DNA of 54,015 nucleotides from Methylotenera sp. GTDB taxonomy: Bacteria > Pseudomonadota > Gammaproteobacteria > Burkholderiales > Methylophilaceae. Position numbers and translations under genes: made by a program. Below, one piece after another: positions 20,857-30,181 of this stretch (its first letter is position 1; each line of letters starts with the position of its first letter). The stretch lies in NCBI GenBank assembly GCA_041687795.1, contig JBDNJL010000106.1, forward strand, positions 1-54,015, read 5' to 3'. A model generated the notes under the pieces. It had not been told where the DNA came from. It ran no database searches and saw only the letters and a program-made list of their open reading frames with translations.

Positions 20857-23001
20857 TTAGTTAATTAGCATCTTACTTAACTCATTAATCGGTAGCGCTT
20901 TGCTGAATAAATAGCCTTGCATTTCATCGCAACTAATCGAGGCTAAAAAGTCAAGTTCTTCAATGGTTTCAACGCCCTCAGCAATTACATTTAAGCCTAA
21001 GTTATGCCCTAACACCACAATTGCTTTTAAAATCGCTTGGTTAGAAGTGTCTTTATCTGAGCCTCGCACAAAGCTTTGATCAATTTTTAAATTATCTACT
21101 GGAAAGTGCTTCAGATAGCCAAAACTTGAGTAGCCTGTGCCAAAATCATCAATTGCTAGTTTAACGCCCATTCTTTTTAAATTTTTAAGGACACCGATAA
21201 ATTGTCTGGTTTGCTCAACTAATGCGCTTTCGGTAATCTCAATTTCTAGCAAGTGTGGCGCTAACCCTGTTTGTCTTAAAATAGATTCAATCGATTTTAC
21301 AAAATTACGATGCTGAAACTGCCGTGCAGATACATTGACCGATATTGGAACTATTTTTCCAGTCGATTTTTCTAACATTACACTATGTAAGCTCGCAGTT
21401 TGAATGACCCACTTGCCGATATGCTCAATTAAATTGCTTTCTTCTGCAAGTGGTATAAATTTAGCTGGCGAAATTAAACCTTGCTGAGGGTTATGCCAAC
21501 GAATAAGAGCTTCAACGCCAGTAATAGACTCATCTAGCATGCTCATTTTTGGCTGATAGTGCAGAACAAACTCGTCTAACTTCAATGCTTGACGTAAACG
21601 GTATTCCAGTTCTAAGCGGCCAATCAAAATAGAATTAAGCTTTTTGGTATAAAACTGGAAATTATTTTTTCCAGTTTTTTTAGCTTCATACATTGCCGTA
21701 TCAGCATTTTTAAGCAAAGTATCGCAATTTTTACCATCGTCAGGATACAAGCTCACACCTAAACTGCATGTTACGATAAATTCGCGTTGCTGAATTTGAA
21801 AAGGCTTGGCAGCTGCAGCTAATACTCTATCTAGAGTTTGAATTAAATCTTGTTGCTCATGCAAGCCTAACAAAATAAGTACAAACTCATCCCCACCTGC
21901 TCGCGCTACAGTATCGGTATCTCGTATGCAGCTTACAAATCTGGCGCCCATGTTAACTAAAAGTTGGTCTCCTGCTATATGACCCATGCTGTCATTTACA
22001 TCTTTAAACTTATCTAAATCTATAAATACAACGGCTACTTGAGTTTTGTTACGTTCCGAATGACTAATCGCTTGCTGTAGTCTATCTTTTAGTAAGGCTC
22101 TATTTGGCAAGCCAGTTAAATCATCATGCGTGGCTTGGTATTCAATTTTTTGATGATAGCTAATACGCTCGGTAATGTCTTCTACAGTGCCTTCAAAATA
22201 CAGAAAGTTCTCATGTTCATCATAGACAGCGCGAGCATTTTCAGAAATCCAAATAATACTTCCATCGCGACGATATACTTGAGATTCAAAATTTGTAGAT
22301 TGCAAATCTGACTGCATTAGCATTAAAAACTCTCTGCGTCTGCTCGGATTTACATAAAGTTGCTTTTCAATGTTATTGAGTTTGTTGATGAGTTCATCTG
22401 GTGAGTCGTAGCCATATATTTTTGCTAGCGCTGGGTTCGCACGTAAATACTGACCTTGTGAGCTACTTTGAAAAATACCTTCTATTGTGTTTTCAAAAAT
22501 ACTGCGGTATCTATGCTCAGCTTCTTGTAAGGCTAATTCGCTAGCTTTTCGCACCGTAATATCTTGAATAAACCCTTCCAATGCTTCTATATTCCCTTGT
22601 GGGTTTAGAATTCCAGTGCCACGTTCTAACACCCACTTTACTTTACCATCGGAAGTTTTGACGCGATATTCCACTTCAAAGCGCTGTTTTAGCAGAATAG
22701 CCTTATCAATTGCCAGTCGCACCGTCATGCGATCATCTTGATGGGTAAGTTCTTCGTATGAAATACGACCATTATTGAGTAGATCGTTAGAGCTGTAACC
22801 GGTTAGCTTTGTGCAACCATTGCTAATAAAGAGCATAGTCCAGTGTTCATCAAGCAAGCAACAATAGACCATACCGTCTAAATTACTGAGTAAGGAGTTA
22901 AGAATATGCTCGCGATTTTTAAGCCAGTCTAATATAAATGGACTTGGTCCAGATATTGCCGGTAAATCAGCGCAACTACTTTTTGCTAAATATAAACGCA
23001 T
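20857..23001 (-). CDS. PAS-PAS-GGDEF-EAL diguanylate cyclase/phosphodiesterase
   Basis: Two PAS/PAC domains, DLTGLPNR, RxxD I-site plus GGDEF, EALIRW, DDFGTG, AEGVE. Confidence 0.95.
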   Translation of the reverse strand: MRLYLAKSSCADLPAISGPSPFILDWLKNREHILNSLLSNLDGMVYCCLLDEHWTMLFISNGCTKLTGYSSNDLLNNGRISYEELTHQDDRMTVRLAIDKAILLKQRFEVEYRVKTSDGKVKWVLERGTGILNPQGNIEALEGFIQDITVRKASELALQEAEHRYRSIFENTIEGIFQSSSQGQYLRANPALAKIYGYDSPDELINKLNNIEKQLYVNPSRRREFLMLMQSDLQSTNFESQVYRRDGSIIWISENARAVYDEHENFLYFEGTVEDITERISYHQKIEYQATHDDLTGLPNRALLKDRLQQAISHSERNKTQVAVVFIDLDKFKDVNDSMGHIAGDQLLVNMGARFVSCIRDTDTVARAGGDEFVLILLGLHEQQDLIQTLDRVLAAAAKPFQIQQREFIVTCSLGVSLYPDDGKNCDTLLKNADTAMYEAKKTGKNNFQFYTKKLNSILIGRLELEYRLRQALKLDEFVLHYQPKMSMLDESITGVEALIRWHNPQQGLISPAKFIPLAEESNLIEHIGKWVIQTASLHSVMLEKSTGKIVPISVNVSARQFQHRNFVKSIESILRQTGLAPHLLEIEITESALVEQTRQFIGVLKNLKRMGVKLAIDDFGTGYSSFGYLKHFPVDNLKIDQSFVRGSDKDTSNQAILKAIVVLGHNLGLNVIAEGVETIEELDFLASISCDEMQGYLFSKALPINELSKMLIN

Positions 23002-23120
23002 CTTTTTTGAGTCTCAATTAGCTTGCTAGGTTGAACATAAACTGCATTTAGATTCAATCAATATTGATTTAACTACATCTACACTAAACTTAATGCATCA
23101 AACTGTAATCAATGTTTAGC

Positions 23121-23137
23121 AAGCAATATTTGAGCCC
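23121..23137 (-). promoter_or_regulatory. Candidate sigma54 (-24/-12) promoter for the GGDEF-EAL gene
   Basis: Minus strand GGGCTCAAATATTGCTT: GG-N10-GC with TTGC, 2 mismatches to TGGCAC-N5-TTGC. Confidence 0.45.
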
Positions 23138-23164
23138 AATTTTTTTAAAAACAAAAAAACATCT

Positions 23165-23788
23165 TCAGAGGGTTTTTCTGCGCAAATTAATATGCGATTT
23201 AACTAAATCAATCGCTTGAAACCTAAATCGAACACCGTCTAAATCTTTAACCCACATGTGTAATAGACCACTGAAAAATAAATGTGTATCAAGCGCTAAA
23301 GCATTGGGAGTTAGATTGCTAGCTAATATGCCCTCATATTGTGCACGTTCATAGGCGAGCTGGATTTTTTCGGTGATGTTGGAACAGTTGTTGAGCGTTT
23401 GTTGTAATACTGCTGCAAAATCATCTACGTACTCACATTTAATCATCATAATTTCATAAATTTGACGCATTTCAATGTTTTCATTGAGCTCGTGAATCGT
23501 GTCGCACAAACTATTTTCAATTTGTGTAAGCGGGTCGTAACCATTGCCAACTGCAAGTGTATCGTCCATACGGTCTATTAACGGCAAAAAAACGCGGTCG
23601 CGAATGGCATAAAATATTTGCGATTTATTCTCAAAGTGCCAATATACTGCACCGCGCGTGACATTGGCTTGTGCGGCAATATGCTCAAGTGTAGAACGGC
23701 TAACGCCACGCGCTAAAAACACTTCTCGTGCGGCATCAATTATGCGCTGCCTAGTGAGCTCTGCGTCTTCTTTAGTTTTTCTGACCAA
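23165..23788 (-). CDS. TetR/AcrR-family repressor of the divergent RND pump
   Basis: MVRKTKEDAELTRQRII...VTRGAVYWHF, AcrR/TtgR-type N-terminus; TTG start. Confidence 0.93.
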   Translation of the reverse strand: MVRKTKEDAELTRQRIIDAAREVFLARGVSRSTLEHIAAQANVTRGAVYWHFENKSQIFYAIRDRVFLPLIDRMDDTLAVGNGYDPLTQIENSLCDTIHELNENIEMRQIYEIMMIKCEYVDDFAAVLQQTLNNCSNITEKIQLAYERAQYEGILASNLTPNALALDTHLFFSGLLHMWVKDLDGVRFRFQAIDLVKSHINLRRKTL

Positions 23789-23903
23789 GTTACTTTTATA
23801 CCCTTAAATTCTTTTTAAACTAAACATTGTGTTTTAATCTAGTTATAGATTGTTGGTGACTATAGATTTACGAATAACTAAACTTTTTTATTTAATACAT
23901 ATA

Positions 23904-23954
23904 TACATATATTCTTGTTTGTATACTGTATACATACAGTCATGAATGTAAGCA
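23904..23954. promoter_or_regulatory. AcrR/TtgR-type operator(s)
   Basis: 23931-23954 TACATACAGTCATGAATGTAAGCA matches 19/24 of the E. coli AcrR site TACATACATTCACAAATGTATGTA (recalled); a weaker tandem site at 23904-23927 matches 15/24. Confidence 0.75.
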
Positions 23955-24107
23955 AGTATTTTGTCTGGATTTCATTATGTTACCTACGTGAAAAAAAATT
24001 TAATATAATTTAAAAACAAGTAGTTAAATCTAAGCCCAGTAAAAATATTATTTACAGAATTTTAAACAAACTAAGATTTCAAATAAACAGTAAAAACGGA
24101 GCAGCTG

Positions 24108-25334
24108 ATGACACAACTAAATTTATTCGCTTCAGATAATAAGCGATCGCTAAAAATTTCGGCGCAAAGCACATTGCTAATGTGTCTGCAAAAAACCGTT
24201 AAGTCTGTTGCAATAGCTTCAATTGCAGTCATTGCATTGGCAAGTTGTGACAAAGAGTCTGATGCTCCGCCACCAGCTCAAGCAATGCCTGTGACTGTGA
24301 TTACCATGGAGCCTACCAGCGTACCGATTAGTGCAGAATCTGTTGCGCAAACTGAAGGTGCTAAAGAAGTAGAAATTCGCCCTAGAGTAGGTGGTATTTT
24401 ACTAAAAAAACTTTTTGAAGAAGGTGCGCCAATTAAAGCGGGTCAAGCTATGTTTTTAATTGACCCAGTACCGTATCAAATTGCGTTAACTAATGCGAAA
24501 GCGCAATTAGCGCAACAAAAAGCACGAGTTGACCAAACGCAACGCGAGGCTGCTCGATTGAAAGGCTTGTTACTCACACAATCTATTAGCCAGCGTGAGT
24601 ATGATAATGCGGTTTCTGATAACTCAGTAGCCTCTGCGACTGTTCAACAAGGTGAGGCAATGGTGCGTGAGGCTGAGTTGAATCTTTCTTACACTACAGT
24701 CACGGCGCCTAATAGCGGAATGGCTGGACGTTTTCAGCTCTCAGAAGGTGCACTAATCGCACCAAATACAAGCTTATTAACCACAGTGGTGCAAATTTCA
24801 CCAATTTGGGTGCGTTTTAGTTTGTCAGATTCTGAGCTTGCGCAATTAGGTGGAAACTTAACTGAAAAGGATGTTAAAAAAGTCACTTTAATATTGCCTG
24901 ACGGTACTGAATATAAACAATTAGGCCGCTTGAACTTTGCCGCTAGCCAAATTGATCCAACTTTAGGTACGCAGCAATTACGCGCAACGTTCGATAATTC
25001 TGACCATAAACTATTGCCAGGTCAGTTTGTACGTGTACGCGTTACTACAGGGCAAAAAGCTGGTGTTTTTGTAGTACCACAAACTTCAGTGCTTACTAAT
25101 GACCAAGGTAAATTTGTATACGTAGCTAATGCAAAAAATGAAGCCACAGTGACACCTATTCAAGTGGGTAAGTGGGTCGCTAAAGACTGGGTGGTATTAA
25201 GCGGTTTAAATGCAGGTGACAGAGTAATTGTGGATAACGTGATTAAATTACGCCCAGGCGCGGCTATTGCGCCTCATGCTATGGGTGAAGCGCCGTCTGC
25301 ACCACAAATGCCAGAAGCTAAACCAGCTAAATAA
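24108..25334 (+). CDS. RND efflux periplasmic adaptor (AcrA/MexA-like lipoprotein)
   Basis: Lipobox LASC, EIRPRVGG, LLPGQFVRV; GGAG SD before 24108; alternative start ATG 24180. Confidence 0.93.
   Translation: MTQLNLFASDNKRSLKISAQSTLLMCLQKTVKSVAIASIAVIALASCDKESDAPPPAQAMPVTVITMEPTSVPISAESVAQTEGAKEVEIRPRVGGILLKKLFEEGAPIKAGQAMFLIDPVPYQIALTNAKAQLAQQKARVDQTQREAARLKGLLLTQSISQREYDNAVSDNSVASATVQQGEAMVREAELNLSYTTVTAPNSGMAGRFQLSEGALIAPNTSLLTTVVQISPIWVRFSLSDSELAQLGGNLTEKDVKKVTLILPDGTEYKQLGRLNFAASQIDPTLGTQQLRATFDNSDHKLLPGQFVRVRVTTGQKAGVFVVPQTSVLTNDQGKFVYVANAKNEATVTPIQVGKWVAKDWVVLSGLNAGDRVIVDNVIKLRPGAAIAPHAMGEAPSAPQMPEAKPAK
24178..24207 (+). repeat. Dispersed 30-bp repeat, copy 6 (in frame inside the adaptor signal peptide)
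   Basis: TAATGTGTCTGCAAAAAACCGTTAAGTCTG, encodes MCLQKTVKS. Confidence 0.9.
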
Positions 25335-25412
25335 AGCTTATTTATTGCCATGCAATCAAGTAAATCGCATTTAAGCAAAAAATATCATCGATAAAGTGAG
25401 TCGAGAAAAACC

Positions 25413-28400
25413 ATGACCAAATTTTTTATTACACGGCCAATTTTTGCCAGCGTTTTGTCAATTATCATCGTATTGGCTGGCTTGGCCGCCGCGTTAAAAC
25501 TACCTATTGCGCAATATCCAGAAATTGCACCACCAACGGTGCTCATTACTGCAACTTACCCAGGTGCGAGCGCTGAAACACTTTCTAAAACTGTAGCTGC
25601 GCCCATTGAGGAGCAACTGAGTGGAGTTGAAGGCTTACTTTACTTTAACTCAAGCGCAGACTCTAGCGGCACGTTGACGATTACCGCTACTTTTGAGGTG
25701 GGTACAGATATCAACCAAGCAACGTTTAACGTAAGTAACCGGGTGAATATTGCAACACCACGCTTACCAGATGAAGTGCGACGCACTGGTTTAGTTGTGC
25801 AAAAACGCTCGAATGATATTTTGTTAGTGGTGATGTTGACTGATAAACAGCGCAAATATGATCCACTTTATTTAAGTAATTACGCCACACTTAATGTGTT
25901 GGATGAGTTGAAAAGAGTAAAAGGTGTGGGTGATGCGACTATTTTTGGCGCACAAGATTACTCGATGCGCATCTGGCTACGCCCAGATAAAATGGCACAA
26001 TTAGGCGTAACAACCACTGATATTGCCACTGCAATTCAAGCGCAAAATGCGCAGTATGCAGCGGGTAAAATTGGTCAGGAACCTTCGCCAAGCTCGCAGC
26101 AATTAGTTTATACAGTGACTGCAAAAGGTCGTTTAGTCGAGCCATTAGAATTCGGTAACATTATTATTCGTGCTAGCGGCCCACGTGGCGTGTTGTATTT
26201 AAAAGACGTTGCGCGCATTGAACTAGGTTCGCAAAGCTATAATGTGCGTACATCATTAGATGGCTTGCCAGGCGTTGGTATTCCAATCTTCTTGCAATCA
26301 GGTGCAAACTCGCTTGAAACGGCAGATGCTGTTAAAGCCAGAATGAATGAGTTGAAAAAGCGCTTTCCTAAAGGTGTAGATTGGGAAACGCCTTATGATA
26401 CTAGTGATTTCGTTAAATCTTCAATTGAAGAAGTGATAAAAACACTCGCAGAAGCAATGGTGTTGGTTGTGCTTGTTGTGTTTGTATTTTTACAAAGTTG
26501 GCGCGCGACTTTAATCCCACTGATTGCTGTGCCAATTTCACTTATCGGTACATTTGCAGGTTTGTGGATATTTGGTTTTTCAATTAATACTTTAACTTTA
26601 TTTGCCATGGTGTTATCGATAGGCATTGTGGTCGATGATGCGATTGTGGTGCTCGAAAATGTAGAGCGGTTAATGACTGAAGAAAAGTTATCGCCTATGA
26701 GCGCTGCAATTAAATCCATGGAACAAGTTTCAGGCGCAGTGATTGCAATTGTATTAGTACTTTGTGCCGTGTTTGTACCTGTTGCATTCTTAGGTGGTAT
26801 TGCTGGTGAAATGTATCGTCAATTTGCGGTAACAGTAGCGGTAGCGGTAGTAATTTCAGGTGTGGTTGCCTTAACCTTAACGCCTGCGTTGTGTGCGATT
26901 TTACTAAAATCTGTGCATGGTGAATCAACATTTTTTAAACCGTTTAATCGTGGTTTTGAAAAATTAACTAATATTTATACCAATACAGTCAATTTAACAT
27001 TGCATCATAAAATTATCGGCACTATTGTGTTTGGTTTGATTATCGCTTTAGTGGTCGTATTACTAAGGTCAGTGCCAGGCAGTTTTGTTCCAGCAGAAGA
27101 TCAGGGCTACGTTATTACAGCAGTCATCATGCCTGATGGCGCAACTTTAGCGCGCACTACTAAAACAACAGAGGCAGTCCGAAAAGAAATTGCTAAAGAT
27201 TCCGCAGTCGCGCATGAGTTTGCAGTCAATGGTTTTGATTTAATTGGTGGTGGAAATAAAACCAGTGCGGCAACCATGTTTGTAAGACTCAAAGATTGGT
27301 CTGAACGTCAAATTACAGCTGAAGGTATTGTAGGCAAACTCTTTGGTATAGGAATGCAACAACCTGACGGTATGGCGATAGCTTTTAATCCACCAGCAAT
27401 TCGTGGATTAGGTAGCTCAGGTGGTTTTGAGGTGTATGTTCAAAGTCGTAGCGATACAGATCCTATGCATTTGGCATCAGTGGTTGATAGTTTTATGAAC
27501 ACATTGCGCCAAGATAAAACGCTGACAGGCATTAACTCTTTTTTTCGACCAACTGTGCCGCAGTTATTTGTAGAAGTAGACGAAGCAAAAGCCATTTCAC
27601 AAGGTGTGCCTGTGGCAGATATTTACGCCACACTACAAAGTACGATGGGCTCGTTGTATGTGAATGACTTTAATAAATCTGGCCGTACTTATCGCGTGCA
27701 GTTGCAAGCAGAGGCAGAGTTCCGCATGAAACCAGATGATTTAGGTAAAGTGTATGTGCGCTCAAATACTGGCCAAATGGTACCGCTATCTGCACTTAGT
27801 AGAGTCAGTAGCATAGTGGGGCCAGAGCAACTAGAGCGCTACAACGGTTTGCTTTCAGCAAAAGTGTTAGGAAGCGGCGCAACTGGTGTTAGCTCTGGTG
27901 ATGCGATTAAAGCAGTTGAAAAAGCCGCGGCACAAAGTTTACCTGAAGGTTACCAAATTGCTTGGACTGGACAAGCTTACCAAGAAAAGCGTACTGGTTC
28001 AGCGGCAACATTTGCCTTTGGTTTTGCGATTATTATGGTGTTCTTGATTTTAGCTGCCCAATTTGAAACTTGGGCATTACCACTTGCCGTCATTATGGCA
28101 GTGCCATTTGCTTTAGCTGGCGCACTACTGGCTGTGTTACTTCGTGGTATGCCCAATGATATTTACTTTCAAATTGGGTTAATTACTTTGGTTGGTTTGG
28201 CCGCGAAAAATGCGATTTTAATTGTGGAATTTGCTAGCCAAAAAATGGAAGAGGGCATGCCCGTTATGCAAGCGGCGATTGAAGCGGCAAGGTTACGCTT
28301 TAGACCAATTGTAATGACCTCAATGGCGTTCGTGTTGGGTATTGTGCCATTGGTGATTGCCACAGGCGCTGGTTCTGCAGCTAGACGAAGCATGGGTACA

Positions 28401-28514
28401 GGCGTATTTGGCGGCATGATATTAGCAACATTTATTTCGACTATTTTTATTCCTCTTTTTTTTACGTGGCTAAGTAATACAAAAGTGGATAGAAAGCATC
28501 ACGCTGAAGAATAA
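25413..28514 (+). CDS. RND (HAE1) efflux transporter, AcrB/MexB family
   Basis: FFITRPIFASV, GIVVDDAIVVLENVER, AKNAILIVEF, RFRPIVMTS; 1033 aa. Confidence 0.96.
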   Translation: MTKFFITRPIFASVLSIIIVLAGLAAALKLPIAQYPEIAPPTVLITATYPGASAETLSKTVAAPIEEQLSGVEGLLYFNSSADSSGTLTITATFEVGTDINQATFNVSNRVNIATPRLPDEVRRTGLVVQKRSNDILLVVMLTDKQRKYDPLYLSNYATLNVLDELKRVKGVGDATIFGAQDYSMRIWLRPDKMAQLGVTTTDIATAIQAQNAQYAAGKIGQEPSPSSQQLVYTVTAKGRLVEPLEFGNIIIRASGPRGVLYLKDVARIELGSQSYNVRTSLDGLPGVGIPIFLQSGANSLETADAVKARMNELKKRFPKGVDWETPYDTSDFVKSSIEEVIKTLAEAMVLVVLVVFVFLQSWRATLIPLIAVPISLIGTFAGLWIFGFSINTLTLFAMVLSIGIVVDDAIVVLENVERLMTEEKLSPMSAAIKSMEQVSGAVIAIVLVLCAVFVPVAFLGGIAGEMYRQFAVTVAVAVVISGVVALTLTPALCAILLKSVHGESTFFKPFNRGFEKLTNIYTNTVNLTLHHKIIGTIVFGLIIALVVVLLRSVPGSFVPAEDQGYVITAVIMPDGATLARTTKTTEAVRKEIAKDSAVAHEFAVNGFDLIGGGNKTSAATMFVRLKDWSERQITAEGIVGKLFGIGMQQPDGMAIAFNPPAIRGLGSSGGFEVYVQSRSDTDPMHLASVVDSFMNTLRQDKTLTGINSFFRPTVPQLFVEVDEAKAISQGVPVADIYATLQSTMGSLYVNDFNKSGRTYRVQLQAEAEFRMKPDDLGKVYVRSNTGQMVPLSALSRVSSIVGPEQLERYNGLLSAKVLGSGATGVSSGDAIKAVEKAAAQSLPEGYQIAWTGQAYQEKRTGSAATFAFGFAIIMVFLILAAQFETWALPLAVIMAVPFALAGALLAVLLRGMPNDIYFQIGLITLVGLAAKNAILIVEFASQKMEEGMPVMQAAIEAARLRFRPIVMTSMAFVLGIVPLVIATGAGSAARRSMGTGVFGGMILATFISTIFIPLFFTWLSNTKVDRKHHAEE

Positions 28515-28558
28515 GCAACATATAGAGACAGTAGCGAAAAGTATTTAAGGATTTATAC

Positions 28559-30040
28559 ATGTTTAAACAAAATTTAGCTGCACCAGCACTGCCAACACTC
28601 AAAGTAATCGTAGCAATCGTCATGGCAATAGGGTTCGGTGGTTGTTCAATCTGGCCAGATTACATGCGCCCTAACATTAGCTTGCCTGAGATGTTTTCTA
28701 CAAAAGTAGAGGTGGCGAACGCACTAATGCAAGCGCCAAACCGTTGGTGGACTTTGTATGAAGATAAGACGCTTAATGGCTTGATTGACGAGGCGCTCAA
28801 AAATAATACTGATATTAAATTAGCTGTTGCGCGCGTTGAGCAAGCCGATGCAACGCTTCGTGAAACAGGCGCATTTTTATTACCCCAGGTTAATTTAAGT
28901 GGCGCGGCACAACGCCAGCGATTAACTGAAGCTGGATTATTTCCAGTTTTTTTTCAAAATCCATTGAATGTTTACAATGTACAGTTTGCGACCACGTTTG
29001 AGCTAGATTTTTGGGGAAAATTGCGCGGCGCTAAAGCGGCTGCAAGAGCGCAGGTGCTGTCTACTCGATATGCGCAAGATACTGTTGCGCTTACATTAGC
29101 GAGCCAAATTGCGGCTAATTATTTAGCATTGCGGGGTGCAGACTCTCAAATTGACATTACGCAACGCAATATAAAAAGCCGTGATGAAAGTTTGGCTTTA
29201 ACCAAACGTCGCTTAGACGGGGGAATTGCCTCAGCATTGGATGTGCATCAGGCTGAAGTAGCTTTAGCAAGCTTAGTTGCTCAGTTAGCGGAGTTGCAAC
29301 GTTTACGCGAAATCACACAGCATCAAATAGCGTTGCTAACAGGCAATTTAGGATTAAAAATTGCGGTAGCAGATATTGCAGCATTGCCTATTCCACCAAC
29401 ACCACCAGCAGGATTACCGTCTAGTTTGCTTGAAGCTAGGCCTGATATACGACAAGCCGAAGCGACACTAATTGCGGCAGACGCTAATATTGGTGTTGCT
29501 AAAGCGGCGTTGTATCCCTCGATTTCTTTAACTGGAATCTATGGCGGTCAAAGTTTAGAATTAAATAATTTATTTACCACCCCCGCGCGCGCGTGGACGA
29601 CAGGATTAAACTTTAACTTACCAATTTTTGATTCAGGCCGACTTAAGTCACGTGTAGACCAAGCTAGCGCAATTCAAAAACAAGCTTTAGCTGGATATGA
29701 GGCATCGTTGCAAAATGCCTTTACTGAAGTAAATAATGCCTTAGTGAACTTGCGTCAATATGCTGAGCGTGAAACAGCTTTAGCACTTGGCGAAGAGGCA
29801 GCCAAAAAAGCCCTAGAGATTAGTGAAAACCGCTATAAGTCAGGTTATTCTGCTTATTTAGAGGTGCTTGATGCTCAACGCGTGTATAACGATAGTGCAA
29901 CTAGTTTTGTCCAAAGCCGCCAAGCTAGAATTGTGGCTACAGTTGATTTATTCAAAGCTTTAGGTGGTGGATGGCAAGACGAGCATCCTGATAACGAGAG
30001 CCATAAAATAAAAAAAACTGACGCTAAACTATCAAACTAA
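28559..30040 (+). CDS. Outer membrane efflux lipoprotein (OprM/NodT family)
   Basis: Lipobox FGGC, FELDFWG, RPDIRQAE, LFKALGGGW. Confidence 0.95.
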   Translation: MFKQNLAAPALPTLKVIVAIVMAIGFGGCSIWPDYMRPNISLPEMFSTKVEVANALMQAPNRWWTLYEDKTLNGLIDEALKNNTDIKLAVARVEQADATLRETGAFLLPQVNLSGAAQRQRLTEAGLFPVFFQNPLNVYNVQFATTFELDFWGKLRGAKAAARAQVLSTRYAQDTVALTLASQIAANYLALRGADSQIDITQRNIKSRDESLALTKRRLDGGIASALDVHQAEVALASLVAQLAELQRLREITQHQIALLTGNLGLKIAVADIAALPIPPTPPAGLPSSLLEARPDIRQAEATLIAADANIGVAKAALYPSISLTGIYGGQSLELNNLFTTPARAWTTGLNFNLPIFDSGRLKSRVDQASAIQKQALAGYEASLQNAFTEVNNALVNLRQYAERETALALGEEAAKKALEISENRYKSGYSAYLEVLDAQRVYNDSATSFVQSRQARIVATVDLFKALGGGWQDEHPDNESHKIKKTDAKLSN

Positions 30041-30113
30041 TGCTTCACATTTAAATGTAAGATACCAAAATTATTTTTATTGCGTACTGATTTTTTTAAA
30101 GCGTAATGTGCTA

Positions 30114-30143
30114 AATACTTAACAGTTTTTTACAAACACATTT
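30114..30143 (-). repeat. Dispersed 30-bp repeat, copy 7
   Basis: Minus strand AAATGTGTTTGTAAAAAACTGTTAAGTATT, between convergent genes. Confidence 0.92.
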
Positions 30144-30181
30144 CGGGTTTAAAATGGAGTATTTATAAACGTTTATTGACC

